Source: an uncultured Gemmatimonadales bacterium
Lineage (GTDB): Bacteria; Gemmatimonadota; Gemmatimonadetes; Gemmatimonadales; GWC2-71-9
Direction: 5' to 3'
Length of the DNA: 64,000 bases
Assembly: GCA_963828735.1 (NCBI GenBank)
Contig: CAWHFW010000005.1
Span: forward strand, 1,344,001 to 1,408,000
Shown in pieces: positions 1 through 10,045 of the stretch. Within the stretch, counting starts at the first letter, position 1. Each line of letters begins with the position of its first letter. Under the pieces are notes generated by a model. It searched no databases. It had not been told where the DNA came from and saw nothing but the letters and a program-made list of their open reading frames with translations. A program made the translations under genes and the position numbers.

Positions 1-56
1 ACGCGTCGCTGCTCGCGGGCATCGAGGCCAAGGCCGGCGCGCTGGTCGGCCGCTGA
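1..56 (+). CDS. 3' end of an upstream CDS (partial, product unknown)
   Basis: Open frame ASLLAGIEAKAGALVGR ends in TGA at 54-56, overlapping the ATG of the next gene (TGATG). Confidence 0.5.
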   Translation, partial: ASLLAGIEAKAGALVGR

Positions 57-1332
57 TGCTGCGCACGCTCCGGAGTCTCTCGCTCACCTGGTGGATCTTC
101 ATCGGGATGGGCCTCGGGATCCTGCTAGGCTGGCTGGCGCCCGACGTCGGTGCGGCGCTGAAGCCGCTCTCGACCACCTTTCTCCGCATGATCAAGTCGG
201 TCGTCGTGCCGATCATCTTCGGCACGCTGGTGGTCGGCATCGCCGGCCACGGCGACGACCTCAAGCGCATCGGGCGGCTGGCGGTCAAATCGATCGGCTA
301 CTTCTGGCTGATGACGACGGTCGCCCTGGCCGTCGGGCTCATCGCGGTCAACATCACCCGTCCGGGCGTCGGGGTGATCCTGCCGGCGCCCGACCCCAAC
401 GCGCCGATCCCGAAGGCCGCGCCCACGACGTTCGGCGGGTTCCTGGAGCACGTGGTGCCCCAGAGCTTCTTCGAGGCCGCGGTGCACAACGAGGTCCTGC
501 AGGTCGTCTTCTGGGCCACCTTGTTCGCCATCGCTCTGACGCAGGTCCGGGGCGGCCCAAGGAAGCGCTGCTCGGGTTCTGCGAAGGGCTGATGGAGGTG
601 ATGTTCAAGTTCGTCGGCATGGTGATGAAGTTCGCACCGATCGGCATCGGTGCGGCGATGGCGGTGACCGTCAGCCACAGCGGCATCCAGGTCCTCCGGA
701 ACCTCGGCCTGCTCGTGGCCACCCTCTACGGGGCGCTGATCGTGTTCGCGCTGGTGGCCATGGTGCCGGCCGCGCTCATCGCGCGCATTCCGATCCGCCC
801 GTTCATCCGCGCGGTCAAGGATCCGGCGATCATCGCGTTCACCACGACCTCGTCCGATGCCGCCCTCCCGCTGGCCATGCAGCGGATGACGGAGTTCGGC
901 GTGCCCCGGAGCATCGTCGCGTTCGTCATGCCGACGGGCTACTCCTTCAACCTCGACGGCTCGACGCTGTACCTGGGCGTCGCCTCGATGTTCGTGGCCC
1001 AGGCGGCGGGCGTCGAGATGACCGTGGGCCAGCAGTTGGTCATGATGCTGACGCTGCTGATCACGAGCAAAGGCATCGCCGCCGTCCCGCGCGCGTCGCT
1101 GGTCGTGCTCTCCGGCACCCTCACCGCGTTCGGGCTCCCGCTCGAGGGCGTGGCCGTGATCCTGGGCGTGGACGAGCTGATGGACATGGCGCGAACGATG
1201 GTGAACCTGGTCGGCAACTGCCTCGCAACCGCCGTGATGGCCCGCTGGGAGGGAGAGCTCGTGACGGAGCCTTCCATCGCGCCGGCCGTCGGGGCCGGAG
1301 CCCCGGCCGTGGCGGTGCGATCCGACGCGTAG
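56..1332 (+). pseudogene. dicarboxylate/amino acid:cation symporter (DAACS, GltP/DctA family), frameshifted at ~549-553
   Basis: N-terminal half (FLRMIKSVVVPIIF) is in ORF 56..592. C-terminal half (APIGIG, AFTTTSS, GYSFNLDG, MDMART) is in ORF 91..1332. One added base at the G run restores a ~425-aa protein. Confidence 0.85.
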
Positions 1333-1354
1333 GAAACCCTCTCCCCCACACCCC

Positions 1355-3190
1355 ATGACGCTCCGCCGTTCCCTGCGCCATCTCGCCCTCGTCGCGCTCG
1401 CGCTCCCCATGACGGGGCGGGCCCACGCGCAGCAGACGCCTGCCGCGCCCGTCTCGGCCCCGCTCGGCAACATTCGCTACGAGATCACCTTCGATACGCT
1501 CACCGCCCAGAGCCGCCGGCTTCAGGTCGCGATGAACTTCGATGTGACCGGCCCGGGGCCCGTACTGCTCTCCATCCCGGCATGGACGCCCGGCGCCTAC
1601 GAGCTGACCTTCTTCGCGCGCTGGGTGTCGGACTTCACGCCCATGGCGGGCGAGAGGCCGCTGGTCTGGGACAAGCTGGACTACGACACGTGGCGCGTGA
1701 ATCCCGCCGGGGCCAAGTCGGTGACCGTCCGGTTCAACTACCTGGCCGACACGCTCGACAACGCCATGGCCTGGGCCAAGCCGGACTTCGTGCTGTTCAA
1801 TGGCACAAACGTGCTGCCGTACCCCGAAGGCCGCGGCACCGATTTCCCGGCCACGGTCACCATCAAGACCGAGCCGTCCTGGCGGGTCGTGACCGGTATG
1901 CAGTCGCTGCCGCAGCAGCGGTGGACGTACCGCGAGGCGAATTATCACGACCTGGTGGACAAACCGTTCTTCGTGGGCAGGATGGATCTCGACAGCACGC
2001 AGGTGGCCGGAGCATGGATCCGACTGGCCACCTATCCCGCCGGCGCCATGGCCGGGTCCGCCCGCACGGAGACGCTGGACGAGATCGCGAAGATGATTCC
2101 GCCGGAGACGGCGATCTTCGGCGAGACGCCGTGGCCCCACTACAGCGTCATGATGATCTTCGACTCGGCATACGGCGGCGGCAGCGCGCTGGAGCACACC
2201 AATTCGCACGTCGGGATCTACAGCCCGGGCTTCATCGGCAATCCGGTGCTCGCCTCCATCACCGCCCACGAGATCTTCCACGCCTGGAACGTGAAGCGGC
2301 TCCGTCCGGCCGACATGGTGCCGTACCGCTACGACCGGAGCGAACCCACGGTCTGGCTCTGGGTGAGCGAGGGGATCACGGACTATTACGCCGACCTCGC
2401 CATCCTGCGCGGCGGTATCGTCAGCGAGCAGCAGTTCCTGGCCGCGACGGCTGACAAGATCGCGAAGGTGGCGGCCGCGCCCCCCACGTCCCTCGAGGAC
2501 GCCTCGCTGACCACCTGGATCCATCCGACCGACGGCAGTGAATACCTCTACTATCCCAAGGGGTCGCTGGCCGGCTTCGCGCTCGACGTCATGATCCGCG
2601 ACGCCAGCGACAACAAGCGGGGCCTGGACGATGTCATGCGGGATCTCTACCGAACGACGTACAAGACCGGCAAAGGCTTCACCGGAGCCGATTGGTGGGC
2701 CGCCGTGTCGAAGGCGGCGGGCGGGAAGAGCTTCACCGATTTCGCGGCCAGATACGTGGATGGTCGCGAGCAGTACCCATGGGCGCAGGTGCTTCCCCTC
2801 GCCGGCCTCAAGGTCGTGAGCGACACGATTCGCGAGGCAAGACTCGGCATCTCCGCGGGGCAGGACTCGTCGGGCGCGGTGGTGGTTCGCGACGTGCTGC
2901 CCGGAGGAGCCGCCGAGGACGCCGGCCTCAAGGCAGGCGACGTCCTGCTGTCGCTCGGCGACATCGCGATTACCGACCCCGATTTCGGATCCAAGTTCCG
3001 GGCGCGATTCGGGAAGGAAGAGGGCCAACCGCTGCCCATCCAGGTGCGGCGCGATGGCGAGGTCATGACGCTCACCGGCAAGGTCCGCCTCGTGGCGAGG
3101 GTCGAAAGCGGGCTTGCCGTCGACGAAGCAGCTCCCCCCAAGGCGGTGCGCGTGCGGCAGGGGATCTTCAAAGGCGTGACGGGCAACTAG
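1355..3190 (+). CDS. M61 glycyl aminopeptidase-family metallopeptidase with C-terminal PDZ domain, secreted
   Basis: Signal peptide (AHA-Q), PAWTPGAY, ALEH, HEIFH zinc motif, LWVSEGITDYY, YYPKG, PDZ-like AEDAGLKAGDV. Confidence 0.9.
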   Translation: MTLRRSLRHLALVALALPMTGRAHAQQTPAAPVSAPLGNIRYEITFDTLTAQSRRLQVAMNFDVTGPGPVLLSIPAWTPGAYELTFFARWVSDFTPMAGERPLVWDKLDYDTWRVNPAGAKSVTVRFNYLADTLDNAMAWAKPDFVLFNGTNVLPYPEGRGTDFPATVTIKTEPSWRVVTGMQSLPQQRWTYREANYHDLVDKPFFVGRMDLDSTQVAGAWIRLATYPAGAMAGSARTETLDEIAKMIPPETAIFGETPWPHYSVMMIFDSAYGGGSALEHTNSHVGIYSPGFIGNPVLASITAHEIFHAWNVKRLRPADMVPYRYDRSEPTVWLWVSEGITDYYADLAILRGGIVSEQQFLAATADKIAKVAAAPPTSLEDASLTTWIHPTDGSEYLYYPKGSLAGFALDVMIRDASDNKRGLDDVMRDLYRTTYKTGKGFTGADWWAAVSKAAGGKSFTDFAARYVDGREQYPWAQVLPLAGLKVVSDTIREARLGISAGQDSSGAVVVRDVLPGGAAEDAGLKAGDVLLSLGDIAITDPDFGSKFRARFGKEEGQPLPIQVRRDGEVMTLTGKVRLVARVESGLAVDEAAPPKAVRVRQGIFKGVTGN

Positions 3191-3200
3191 GGGGTCGGAC

Positions 3201-3809
3201 CTACTTCTTCCTCACGATTTCGTAGATCGGCACCGCCGGCGTGAGCGTCTGCCCATGCGCCGGCGATGCGTTGATCCGGCCGACCACGTCCATCCCCAAC
3301 TCCACCCGTCCGAACGCGGCGAACCCCTGGCCATCGGGATTCCGCTTCCCGCCGAAGTCGAGCGACGGCTGATCCCCGATGCAGATGAAGAATTCGGAGG
3401 TGGCCGTGTCGGGGCCATCTCGCGCCATGGAGATCGTCCCGTCCTTGTGCCGGAGGCCGGTGACGCTGGTGCGCTCCAGCTTGATCGGAGGAAAGTCCTT
3501 GACGCGGAGCGAGTCGAGCCCTCCCTGGACAACGGCGATCTTGACCTTGCTCCCGGGCTGGTTGTCAGCCCGAACGGTCCGGTGAAATTGGCCGAACCGA
3601 TAGAAGCCCAGGTCGACGTACCGGAGGAAGTTGGCCGAGGTGATCGGCGCGCGGATCGTGTCGATCTCCACCTCGATGTCGCCGCGGGCGGTCCTGATGA
3701 TCACCCTCGGCAGGACCTGCGCCATGACCGGCCCCGGCGCCACGACCTGCGCGACCAGCAAGGCCAGCAAGATGGTTGGGAGGCCGAAACAGGCGGAGCG
3801 TCGACGCAT
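3201..3809 (-). CDS. cyclophilin-type peptidyl-prolyl cis-trans isomerase, exported
   Basis: APITSANFLRYV, FHR, QGG, GTISMAR, SEFFI, FAAFGRV motifs and an N-terminal signal peptide. Confidence 0.9.
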   Translation of the reverse strand: MRRRSACFGLPTILLALLVAQVVAPGPVMAQVLPRVIIRTARGDIEVEIDTIRAPITSANFLRYVDLGFYRFGQFHRTVRADNQPGSKVKIAVVQGGLDSLRVKDFPPIKLERTSVTGLRHKDGTISMARDGPDTATSEFFICIGDQPSLDFGGKRNPDGQGFAAFGRVELGMDVVGRINASPAHGQTLTPAVPIYEIVRKK

Positions 3810-3847
3810 GATCGAGGTTCTCCGATGGCGTGGCGGACAACCCGATC

Positions 3848-4780
3848 CTAACGCGCGCCGAACAGCTTGGCCAGATCGGCCGCGCCAAACGGTTCGGCGC
3901 GTTCCAGCAATCCGGTGAGGGCCGCCGCGCGGCCGAGCACCTCCGCGGGCGGCACACCGGACGCACGCAGCTCGCGGATGCCGCTATCGCGTGCGGCCTT
4001 GCTGAGCTTCTGGCCGCCCGCCTTCCGGATCAGCGGATGGTGCACGAATACCGGCGGAGCAGGACGTCCGAGGAGCCGCCCGAGCAGGAGCTGACGGCCG
4101 GTGGATTCCAGCAGATCCTCCCCCCGGATCACCAGGTCGACGCCGTGGCGCAGGTCGTCCGCGACCACCGCGAACTGGTAGGTCCACTGGCCGAGGCGGT
4201 CACGCAGCAGCAGATCCCCGCACTGCGCCGAGGGGTCCTGTGATTGAGGGCCCGCGCGCGCGTCCACGAAGCGCTCGACACCTGGATTCACCAGAAGGCG
4301 AACACCCACGCCGGGCGCGTTCCCAAGCCCACGCATACGACACCGTCCGGGATACCTGGTCTCCTCGTTGAACACGTCGCCATCGGCGATCGCGAGGTCC
4401 TTGCGGGAGCAGTCGCAGCCGAACAGCGTCGCGTGGCGCCCGAGCGTCGCGAGCGCGGCCTCGTAGGCCGCGCCGGAATCACTCTGCCGATAGGACGAAG
4501 GTCCCGCCCGCAGCTCACTGGGGGTGCCGAAGTCCGGGTCGAGCCCGAGCCACTCGAGATCCTCCAGCAACGCGGTCTCGTAGACCGGCCGGCACCTGCC
4601 GCGGTCGTGATCCTCGAGCCTGAGCAGCACACTCCCGCCAAGAGCCCGCGCCAGACCCCAGACCCATACGGCACTGGCCACGTGGCCCAGATGGAGGTAG
4701 CCGGTCGGGCTCGGCGCGTAGCGGGTGAGCGGCTTCGCCGGCAGGCGAGCCGCGAGCTCAGTGAGGTCGACGGCAGTCAC
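3848..4780 (-). CDS. gluQ: glutamyl-Q tRNA(Asp) synthetase-like (GluRS catalytic domain only)
   Basis: RYAPSPTGYLHLGH, RLEDHD, CDCSR..Y..C zinc site, VIRGEDL, KLSK. Only 310 aa, with no anticodon domain. Confidence 0.8.
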   Translation of the reverse strand: MTAVDLTELAARLPAKPLTRYAPSPTGYLHLGHVASAVWVWGLARALGGSVLLRLEDHDRGRCRPVYETALLEDLEWLGLDPDFGTPSELRAGPSSYRQSDSGAAYEAALATLGRHATLFGCDCSRKDLAIADGDVFNEETRYPGRCRMRGLGNAPGVGVRLLVNPGVERFVDARAGPQSQDPSAQCGDLLLRDRLGQWTYQFAVVADDLRHGVDLVIRGEDLLESTGRQLLLGRLLGRPAPPVFVHHPLIRKAGGQKLSKAARDSGIRELRASGVPPAEVLGRAAALTGLLERAEPFGAADLAKLFGAR

Positions 4781-4844
4781 GCGGGAAAGATCGCCGCGTC
4801 GCCGGGCCTTGCGCGATCCCGGCTCGCGGCCAACATATCCACGC

Positions 4845-5639
4845 GTGATCCGCGAAGTCGTCGTTCACTCCCTGGGCGACCTGATCGCCCAGACCACCCC
4901 ACTCGAGCCCGATCCGGCCATCGGGCGCCGGCGGAGCGCCGGCGTGTTTCGCGGCGCGGCGGACGCGGCCTGGCCGTTGCTCACCAGCCTCGACATGCTC
5001 GGCGGCGTACGCCCGCCACATACCAAGGCCGATCTCGAGGAGTACATCCTCCGAAGCTTCATCCGGTACTCCCGGCCCTACTTCCACTCGCCGCCGGTGA
5101 ACGAGTGGGAGGTCCTGGTGGCGGCGCAGCATCACGGGCTGCCCACCCGGCTGCTGGACTGGACGTACTCTCCCCTCGTGGCCGCGCATTTCGCGACCGT
5201 CGAATTGCGGGTCACCACTGATCGAGCGGTGTGGCGGCTCGACTGGAAGGCCGTGCACCGGCGCTTCCAGCTGCCGGACCTGGCGCTACTCATCCAGGAC
5301 CTGGAGGGAATGTTCGGAAGTGATCGCCGGCCCACGCCCGCCGCCCTGTTCGCGATGCCGGCGGAGGCGCGCCCGTTCGCCTGCCTGCTGGAGCCGCCGT
5401 CGCTCGACGTGCGGATCGTGGCCCAGTCCGCCGCCTTCACGCTCTGCTCGGACAAGCGGCAGTCGTTCGACCGGTTCCTGGAGCAGCACGGCCTGGGCGA
5501 GTCGCTCACGAAGATCGTGATCCCCGCGGCGGAATGCGGCACGATCCGGGATCAGCTCGACCTCGTGAGCGTGGACGAGCGACGCCTGTTCCCTGACCTC
5601 GACGGCGTGGCCGCGCACCTCAGTCGATACTACTCCTGA
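4845..5639 (+). CDS. FRG domain-containing protein
   Basis: VFRG, AQHHGLPTRLLDWT, RIVAQS.FT and LFPDLDG motifs. GTG start at 4845 is inferred. Confidence 0.88.
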   Translation: MIREVVVHSLGDLIAQTTPLEPDPAIGRRRSAGVFRGAADAAWPLLTSLDMLGGVRPPHTKADLEEYILRSFIRYSRPYFHSPPVNEWEVLVAAQHHGLPTRLLDWTYSPLVAAHFATVELRVTTDRAVWRLDWKAVHRRFQLPDLALLIQDLEGMFGSDRRPTPAALFAMPAEARPFACLLEPPSLDVRIVAQSAAFTLCSDKRQSFDRFLEQHGLGESLTKIVIPAAECGTIRDQLDLVSVDERRLFPDLDGVAAHLSRYYS

Positions 5640-5647
5640 AGCGCCGG

Positions 5648-7213
5648 TCAGGACGATGGTCGGGGCTCCCGGCCGAGCCAGGCCTGGCGAAGCAGGCGCT
5701 GCTCGTCGGTGGGGTTGGGATCCAGCTCGAAGCGGACCGGCTGACCTTTCCCGTCCTCGACGAGCGTGATCCCGAGCTTCGCGTAGTACTCCTTGATCGG
5801 CAGGTGCTGCGAATCCCAGACGTAGCGGTCGAAGAAGTCGCGGATTTCCGGAGAGGTCATGGCCACCAGCGTGTCCACGAAGGTCGAGTCGGGAAAGGCG
5901 CGGTGCTTGCCGAATCGGTGAGAGAGATCGATGATCAGGTCCTGCAGGCCCCGCTCGCCGTGTGAGAGCTCGAGCAGCCTGATGTCGAGCAGGCCCGCGG
6001 TGAGCGCGCCGCGCATGTAGATGTTCCCGTACTGCGCCTGACCGGAGTCGCTGTAGGAGGTCAGCGCCAGCTCGCGCAGGCTGTAGGTGCTGTCGTACGC
6101 CTGCCGGTCGATTTTCATCTTCGTGATCAGCGTCGCCAGATACGCCTGGGGCGTCTTGAGGCCGGCCCGGAGCTGCATCGCATGCGCCGCCCATTCCGTG
6201 GTCCCCTCGTAGAGCCACAGGTGCTGCGAGGGGACCGGCGTGACGAAATTGAAGTGCTCGATGATCTCGCTGTGGATGTTGAGCGGCGTCACCACGTGGA
6301 AGAATTCGTGCGCGGCGATGTCGGTCACCCGCTTGCCCACCGAGTCGGTGTATTCACCGTCCTGCAGTACGTACTCCGAGCTGTACGAGTGCTCCCACGC
6401 GCCGGCCGAGGCGTCGCCGAAATGGTAGAGGAAGGTGTACCGGTCGACCGGCAGCTTGCCGAGAAACTTGCCCGCAGCGTTGAGCATGCCGGTCATGGCG
6501 GTGAGCAGCTGGGTCGCCGTGATCTTGTCGCTCTCCGAATACGCGTACACGTCGACCGGGACGCCGGTCACGACCAACCGGGCGCGAGTCAGCCGGCCGA
6601 GCAGAATCGGCGAGTCTACCAACTGATCGTAGCTGCCCGCGACGTAGACGCCGTCGGGTCCCCGGTGGAGCGCCGTACCCACCTTCCAGGCCGCGGGGTA
6701 GGCGAGCCGCAGGCGAACCGGCGTGGCCTGCAGGCCCGCCGGATAGCCGAGCACCGCGTGCGGGTTGATGAGGACGTTGTCTGCCTCGATCGAGGTGCCG
6801 CACATCTTGTAGATCGGGTGGTCCAGCGGGCTGTCCCAGGTCTCGGTGATGGCATAGCGGATGGTCCGCACCTTGCTCGGGTCGGCGAGCTTCCACTGGT
6901 TGACGGAGACCTGCTGCACCGCCACGCTCCGCCCCTTGGCGTCGAAGGCCTGGAACGCTTTCACGTACCGGCCGATGTTCATGACCTGGTAGGTGCCGGG
7001 CGCCGTGGCAGCGAACTGGTAGATGGCGTTTTCCGGGCCGAGACCGCTGACCGTGAGCGTAACGTGGAAGAGGTCGTCGGCCCGCCGGTTCAGATCGATG
7101 CTGTAGGCCAGCGTCGGCGCCGTCGGCCGCAGGCTGGTATCGGCCCGGGTGGCCGCCAGGGGGACGATCGGAAGCGCGAATGCTAGCAGGAAACGGTTGA
7201 CCAAGGCCTTCAT
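5648..7213 (-). CDS. M61-family metallopeptidase, secreted (no PDZ)
   Basis: Signal peptide, APGTY, AWEH, HEFFH, LWLYEGTTEW, IYMRGA. Confidence 0.88.
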   Translation of the reverse strand: MKALVNRFLLAFALPIVPLAATRADTSLRPTAPTLAYSIDLNRRADDLFHVTLTVSGLGPENAIYQFAATAPGTYQVMNIGRYVKAFQAFDAKGRSVAVQQVSVNQWKLADPSKVRTIRYAITETWDSPLDHPIYKMCGTSIEADNVLINPHAVLGYPAGLQATPVRLRLAYPAAWKVGTALHRGPDGVYVAGSYDQLVDSPILLGRLTRARLVVTGVPVDVYAYSESDKITATQLLTAMTGMLNAAGKFLGKLPVDRYTFLYHFGDASAGAWEHSYSSEYVLQDGEYTDSVGKRVTDIAAHEFFHVVTPLNIHSEIIEHFNFVTPVPSQHLWLYEGTTEWAAHAMQLRAGLKTPQAYLATLITKMKIDRQAYDSTYSLRELALTSYSDSGQAQYGNIYMRGALTAGLLDIRLLELSHGERGLQDLIIDLSHRFGKHRAFPDSTFVDTLVAMTSPEIRDFFDRYVWDSQHLPIKEYYAKLGITLVEDGKGQPVRFELDPNPTDEQRLLRQAWLGREPRPSS

Positions 7214-7371
7214 GGCGCGTCCCGGGAGTGGAAGTCGATGGCTGACGCGGCGATGAGTATTGACGACGTCCGTCCCCTGGTGGTTTCAGCCCTTTATCCA
7301 CATCCTTCGATGGAACGTGATCCAGCGCACCGCACTACCGGGCTCCGTGGTGGCTAGTTGCCGGGTAGGAC

Positions 7372-7866
7372 ATGCGCTTACACCAAGCCACCCCTGCGAT
7401 TGATAGGCTGTGCCCCGTGACCTATGATCCCGAGTCCGTTTCCCCGTTCATCGGCCGAAGCATCCTCGTGGTTGACGACGTCGGGATCGTCAGGCGGACG
7501 CTGTTCAGGTTTCTGTCCGAGGCCGGTGCTCGCGTCTTCGAGGCCGCGTCGGTCGGCGAGGCGTTGGAGGTCCTGTCCACCGCCCGTCCGCCGCTGAACC
7601 TGGTCATTACCGATGTCGTGATGCCGGAGGTCAACGGCGTGGACCTGATCCACGTCCTCCGGGAGCAGTGGCCGAAGACCCGCGTGCTCTTCATGTCGGC
7701 CTTTCCGGCCGAGGTTCTGGTGCGGGAGGGTCTGGACAATCCCGACGTGATGTTTCTGGCGAAGCCGTTCACGCGGGACGAGCTGCTGACGAAGGTCGCT
7801 GCCGCGCTCCATGGCCGCCCCGCGCGCGACGGCGAAGAATCGAAGCCCCGCCGCCCTACCTCGTAA
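7372..7866 (+). CDS. single-domain response regulator (receiver)
   Basis: ILVVDD, LVITDVVMP, FMSA, FLAKPF. Start codon uncertain. Confidence 0.85.
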   Translation: MRLHQATPAIDRLCPVTYDPESVSPFIGRSILVVDDVGIVRRTLFRFLSEAGARVFEAASVGEALEVLSTARPPLNLVITDVVMPEVNGVDLIHVLREQWPKTRVLFMSAFPAEVLVREGLDNPDVMFLAKPFTRDELLTKVAAALHGRPARDGEESKPRRPTS

Positions 7867-7869
7867 CGC

Positions 7870-8379
7870 TCACCACGCGTCACCCAAGCCGTCCGTCACT
7901 CCGCGGGCGAGCTCTCTCGCGGCCTCGAAGAGACTGCCTGAGCGCGCGAAGGTCGCCTTGGCGCGCGCGACCGCCTCCGGGAGGACGGCGGTGCCCGGCT
8001 GCTTCGACAGGGTCCCCGCGAGCGCCTCGTTGATCTGAGCCCCGAGCTGGTCGGCACGAACCGGCTTTGCCAGGCAGCGACCGCTGCCATTGGAGCGCGC
8101 CACCCGCTCGGCGGTGGCGAGGCAGATCGTCGCGATGTCCGGCCGGAACAGCCCGAGCGTCTCCAGGATGACCGCGCCGGAGAGATCGGGCATGTCGAGG
8201 CTCACGAGGGCGAGGCGAAACCGGCCCGGCACCTGCTCCAGCAGCTCGAAAGCAGCGATCCCGCTGCGCGCCTGGACGAGCTCGAGTCCGTGCGAACGCA
8301 CGAGCGGTCCGGTCAGATGGCGCATCGTCGGATCCGCATCGATCAACAGCCCGAGTGAGGCTGACGAGGTCCCTTCCAT
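7870..8379 (-). CDS. degenerate receiver-domain protein with a short helical C-terminal extension
   Basis: LLIDAD, LALVSLDMPDLSG (phospho-Asp position is Ser), CLAKPV. Confidence 0.7.
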   Translation of the reverse strand: MEGTSSASLGLLIDADPTMRHLTGPLVRSHGLELVQARSGIAAFELLEQVPGRFRLALVSLDMPDLSGAVILETLGLFRPDIATICLATAERVARSNGSGRCLAKPVRADQLGAQINEALAGTLSKQPGTAVLPEAVARAKATFARSGSLFEAARELARGVTDGLGDAW

Positions 8380-8543
8380 ACATCCCTCCTGGGTCGGTCC
8401 TTGCGATAAACTGGGCCGATCCCTGTGCGATGTCAGGGCGGGCGGTCACCGGGTCGGTGGGCCGGTTCGTCACGCGGCCGACGTGACCTGGCTGCTTGCG
8501 ACCTCGCCGCCCCCCGGAAGGGCTATCTTCTACAGCCGCCCTC

Positions 8544-9965
8544 ATGTCATCGACCGCCGACGCCATCGTCGTGGGCTCCGGCCCGAACGGCCTCGCCGCC
8601 GGGATCGTTCTCGCGCGCGCGGGTCTCCGCACGGTGATCCGCGAGGCCCAGCCGACCCTCGGCGGCGGCCTTCGGTCCGCCGAGCTCACGCTACCCGGCT
8701 TCGTTCACGACGTGTGCTCCGCTGTCCATCCTCTCGCCCTTTCGTCGCCGTTCTTCCGGTCGCTTCCATTGGCGGAGTTCGGACTCGAGTGGATACAGCC
8801 CCCCGCGCCGCTCGCGCATCCGCTCGACGGCGGCACGGCGGCGGTGCTGGAGCAGCCGCTGGAGGAGACCGCGCGAGGGCTCGGCGAAGGTGGTCGCGAC
8901 TGGATACGACTGCACGGCGCCTTCGCCCGGGAGTGGGACGATCTCGCCGTGGATGTGCTCGCCCCACCGCTGCACCTCGCGAAGAGCCCGATCCTGATGA
9001 CGCGGTTCGGACTGCAGGCGCTGCTCCCCGCGACGTTCCTGGCCCGGCGGCTCCGCGGCACGGCGGCCCGGGCGCTCTTCGCGGGGAATGCCGCGCACTC
9101 GTTCTTGCCGCTCGAGACGGCCGGCACCGCGGCCTTCGGCCTGCTCCTGTCGGTGGCGGGACATGCCGTCGGCTGGCCGATCGTTCGCGGTGGGTCGCAG
9201 CGGTTCGCGGACGCGCTCCTGGGCTATTTCCGGTCGCTTGGCGGGGTCGTGCAGGCCGACGCTCCGGTCAGCGGGCTCGACGAACTGGCCGGAGCGCGCG
9301 TCGTGATGATGGACGTGGGGCCGCGTCAGCTGGTGCGGATCGCCGGCGACCGGCTCCCGGCCGGCTATCGCCGCGCCCTCGAGCGCTATCGGTATGGCGC
9401 CGCCGCGTACAAGCTCGATTGGGCGCTCGACGGGCCGGTTCCGTGGACGTCCACCGCCTGCGCCCGCGCGGCGACCATCCACCTGGGCGGAACGCTGGAG
9501 GAGATCGCGGCGTCGGAAGCCGCGCATGCGCGTGGCGAAGTCCACGAGCGCCCCTTCGTGCTGTTCGTCCAACCTTCGCTGTTTGACGCCACGCGGGCGC
9601 CCGCCGGTCGCCACACCGCGTGGGCGTACTGCCACGTGCCGAACGGGTGCACCCTGGATGTCACCGAGCGGATCGAGCGCCAGGTCGAGCGTTTCGCTCC
9701 CGGCTTTCGGGAGCGGATCCTGGCTCGGAGCGCCATCACCCCGACCCAATTCGAGCAGCGGAACCCGAACCTGATCGGCGGCGACATCAACGGCGGCATG
9801 ATGGACCTGCCACAGGTCTTCCGGCGGCCCGTCGTGGGACCGACTCCTTATCGAACCCCGCTGCGCGGGGTCTACCTCTGCTCCGCGTCGACGCCGCCCG
9901 GAGGCGGAGTCCACGGCATGGCCGGCTACCACGCCGCCAACGTCGCCCTCCGGGACCTTCGCTAG
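8544..9965 (+). CDS. FAD-dependent oxidoreductase, phytoene desaturase-like family
   Basis: DAIVVGSGPNGL dinucleotide-binding motif, HDVCSAVHP, NPNLIGGDI, STPPGGGVHGMAG. Confidence 0.9.
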   Translation: MSSTADAIVVGSGPNGLAAGIVLARAGLRTVIREAQPTLGGGLRSAELTLPGFVHDVCSAVHPLALSSPFFRSLPLAEFGLEWIQPPAPLAHPLDGGTAAVLEQPLEETARGLGEGGRDWIRLHGAFAREWDDLAVDVLAPPLHLAKSPILMTRFGLQALLPATFLARRLRGTAARALFAGNAAHSFLPLETAGTAAFGLLLSVAGHAVGWPIVRGGSQRFADALLGYFRSLGGVVQADAPVSGLDELAGARVVMMDVGPRQLVRIAGDRLPAGYRRALERYRYGAAAYKLDWALDGPVPWTSTACARAATIHLGGTLEEIAASEAAHARGEVHERPFVLFVQPSLFDATRAPAGRHTAWAYCHVPNGCTLDVTERIERQVERFAPGFRERILARSAITPTQFEQRNPNLIGGDINGGMMDLPQVFRRPVVGPTPYRTPLRGVYLCSASTPPGGGVHGMAGYHAANVALRDLR

Positions 9966-10017
9966 CGCCGCCTGCCCGTCCGTTCCGGCCCGAAACCGGA
10001 CGTCCCGCCGTTCCGTA

Positions 10018-10035
10018 GTGAAAAAAACTTTGCAG
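10018..10035. promoter_or_regulatory. putative BlaI-family operator 1 (GTGAAAAAAACTTTGCAG)
   Basis: 18-bp AT-cored quasi-palindrome just upstream of the BlaI-family start. It matches two sites at 12438 and 12501. Confidence 0.65.
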
Positions 10036-10045
10036 GAACGGACCC

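Noticed and set aside
4845..5639. FRG protein as an anti-phage defence system
   Set aside because: It sits among housekeeping genes with ordinary composition and no defence neighbours.
7294..7302. Perfect DnaA box TTATCCACA in a divergent spacer
   Set aside because: A single copy with no cluster or unwinding element; could be chance.
9992..10017. ECF-like promoter GAAAC-N17-CGTA before the BlaI-family gene
   Set aside because: Short motif, not repeated at the cytochrome promoter; insufficient support.
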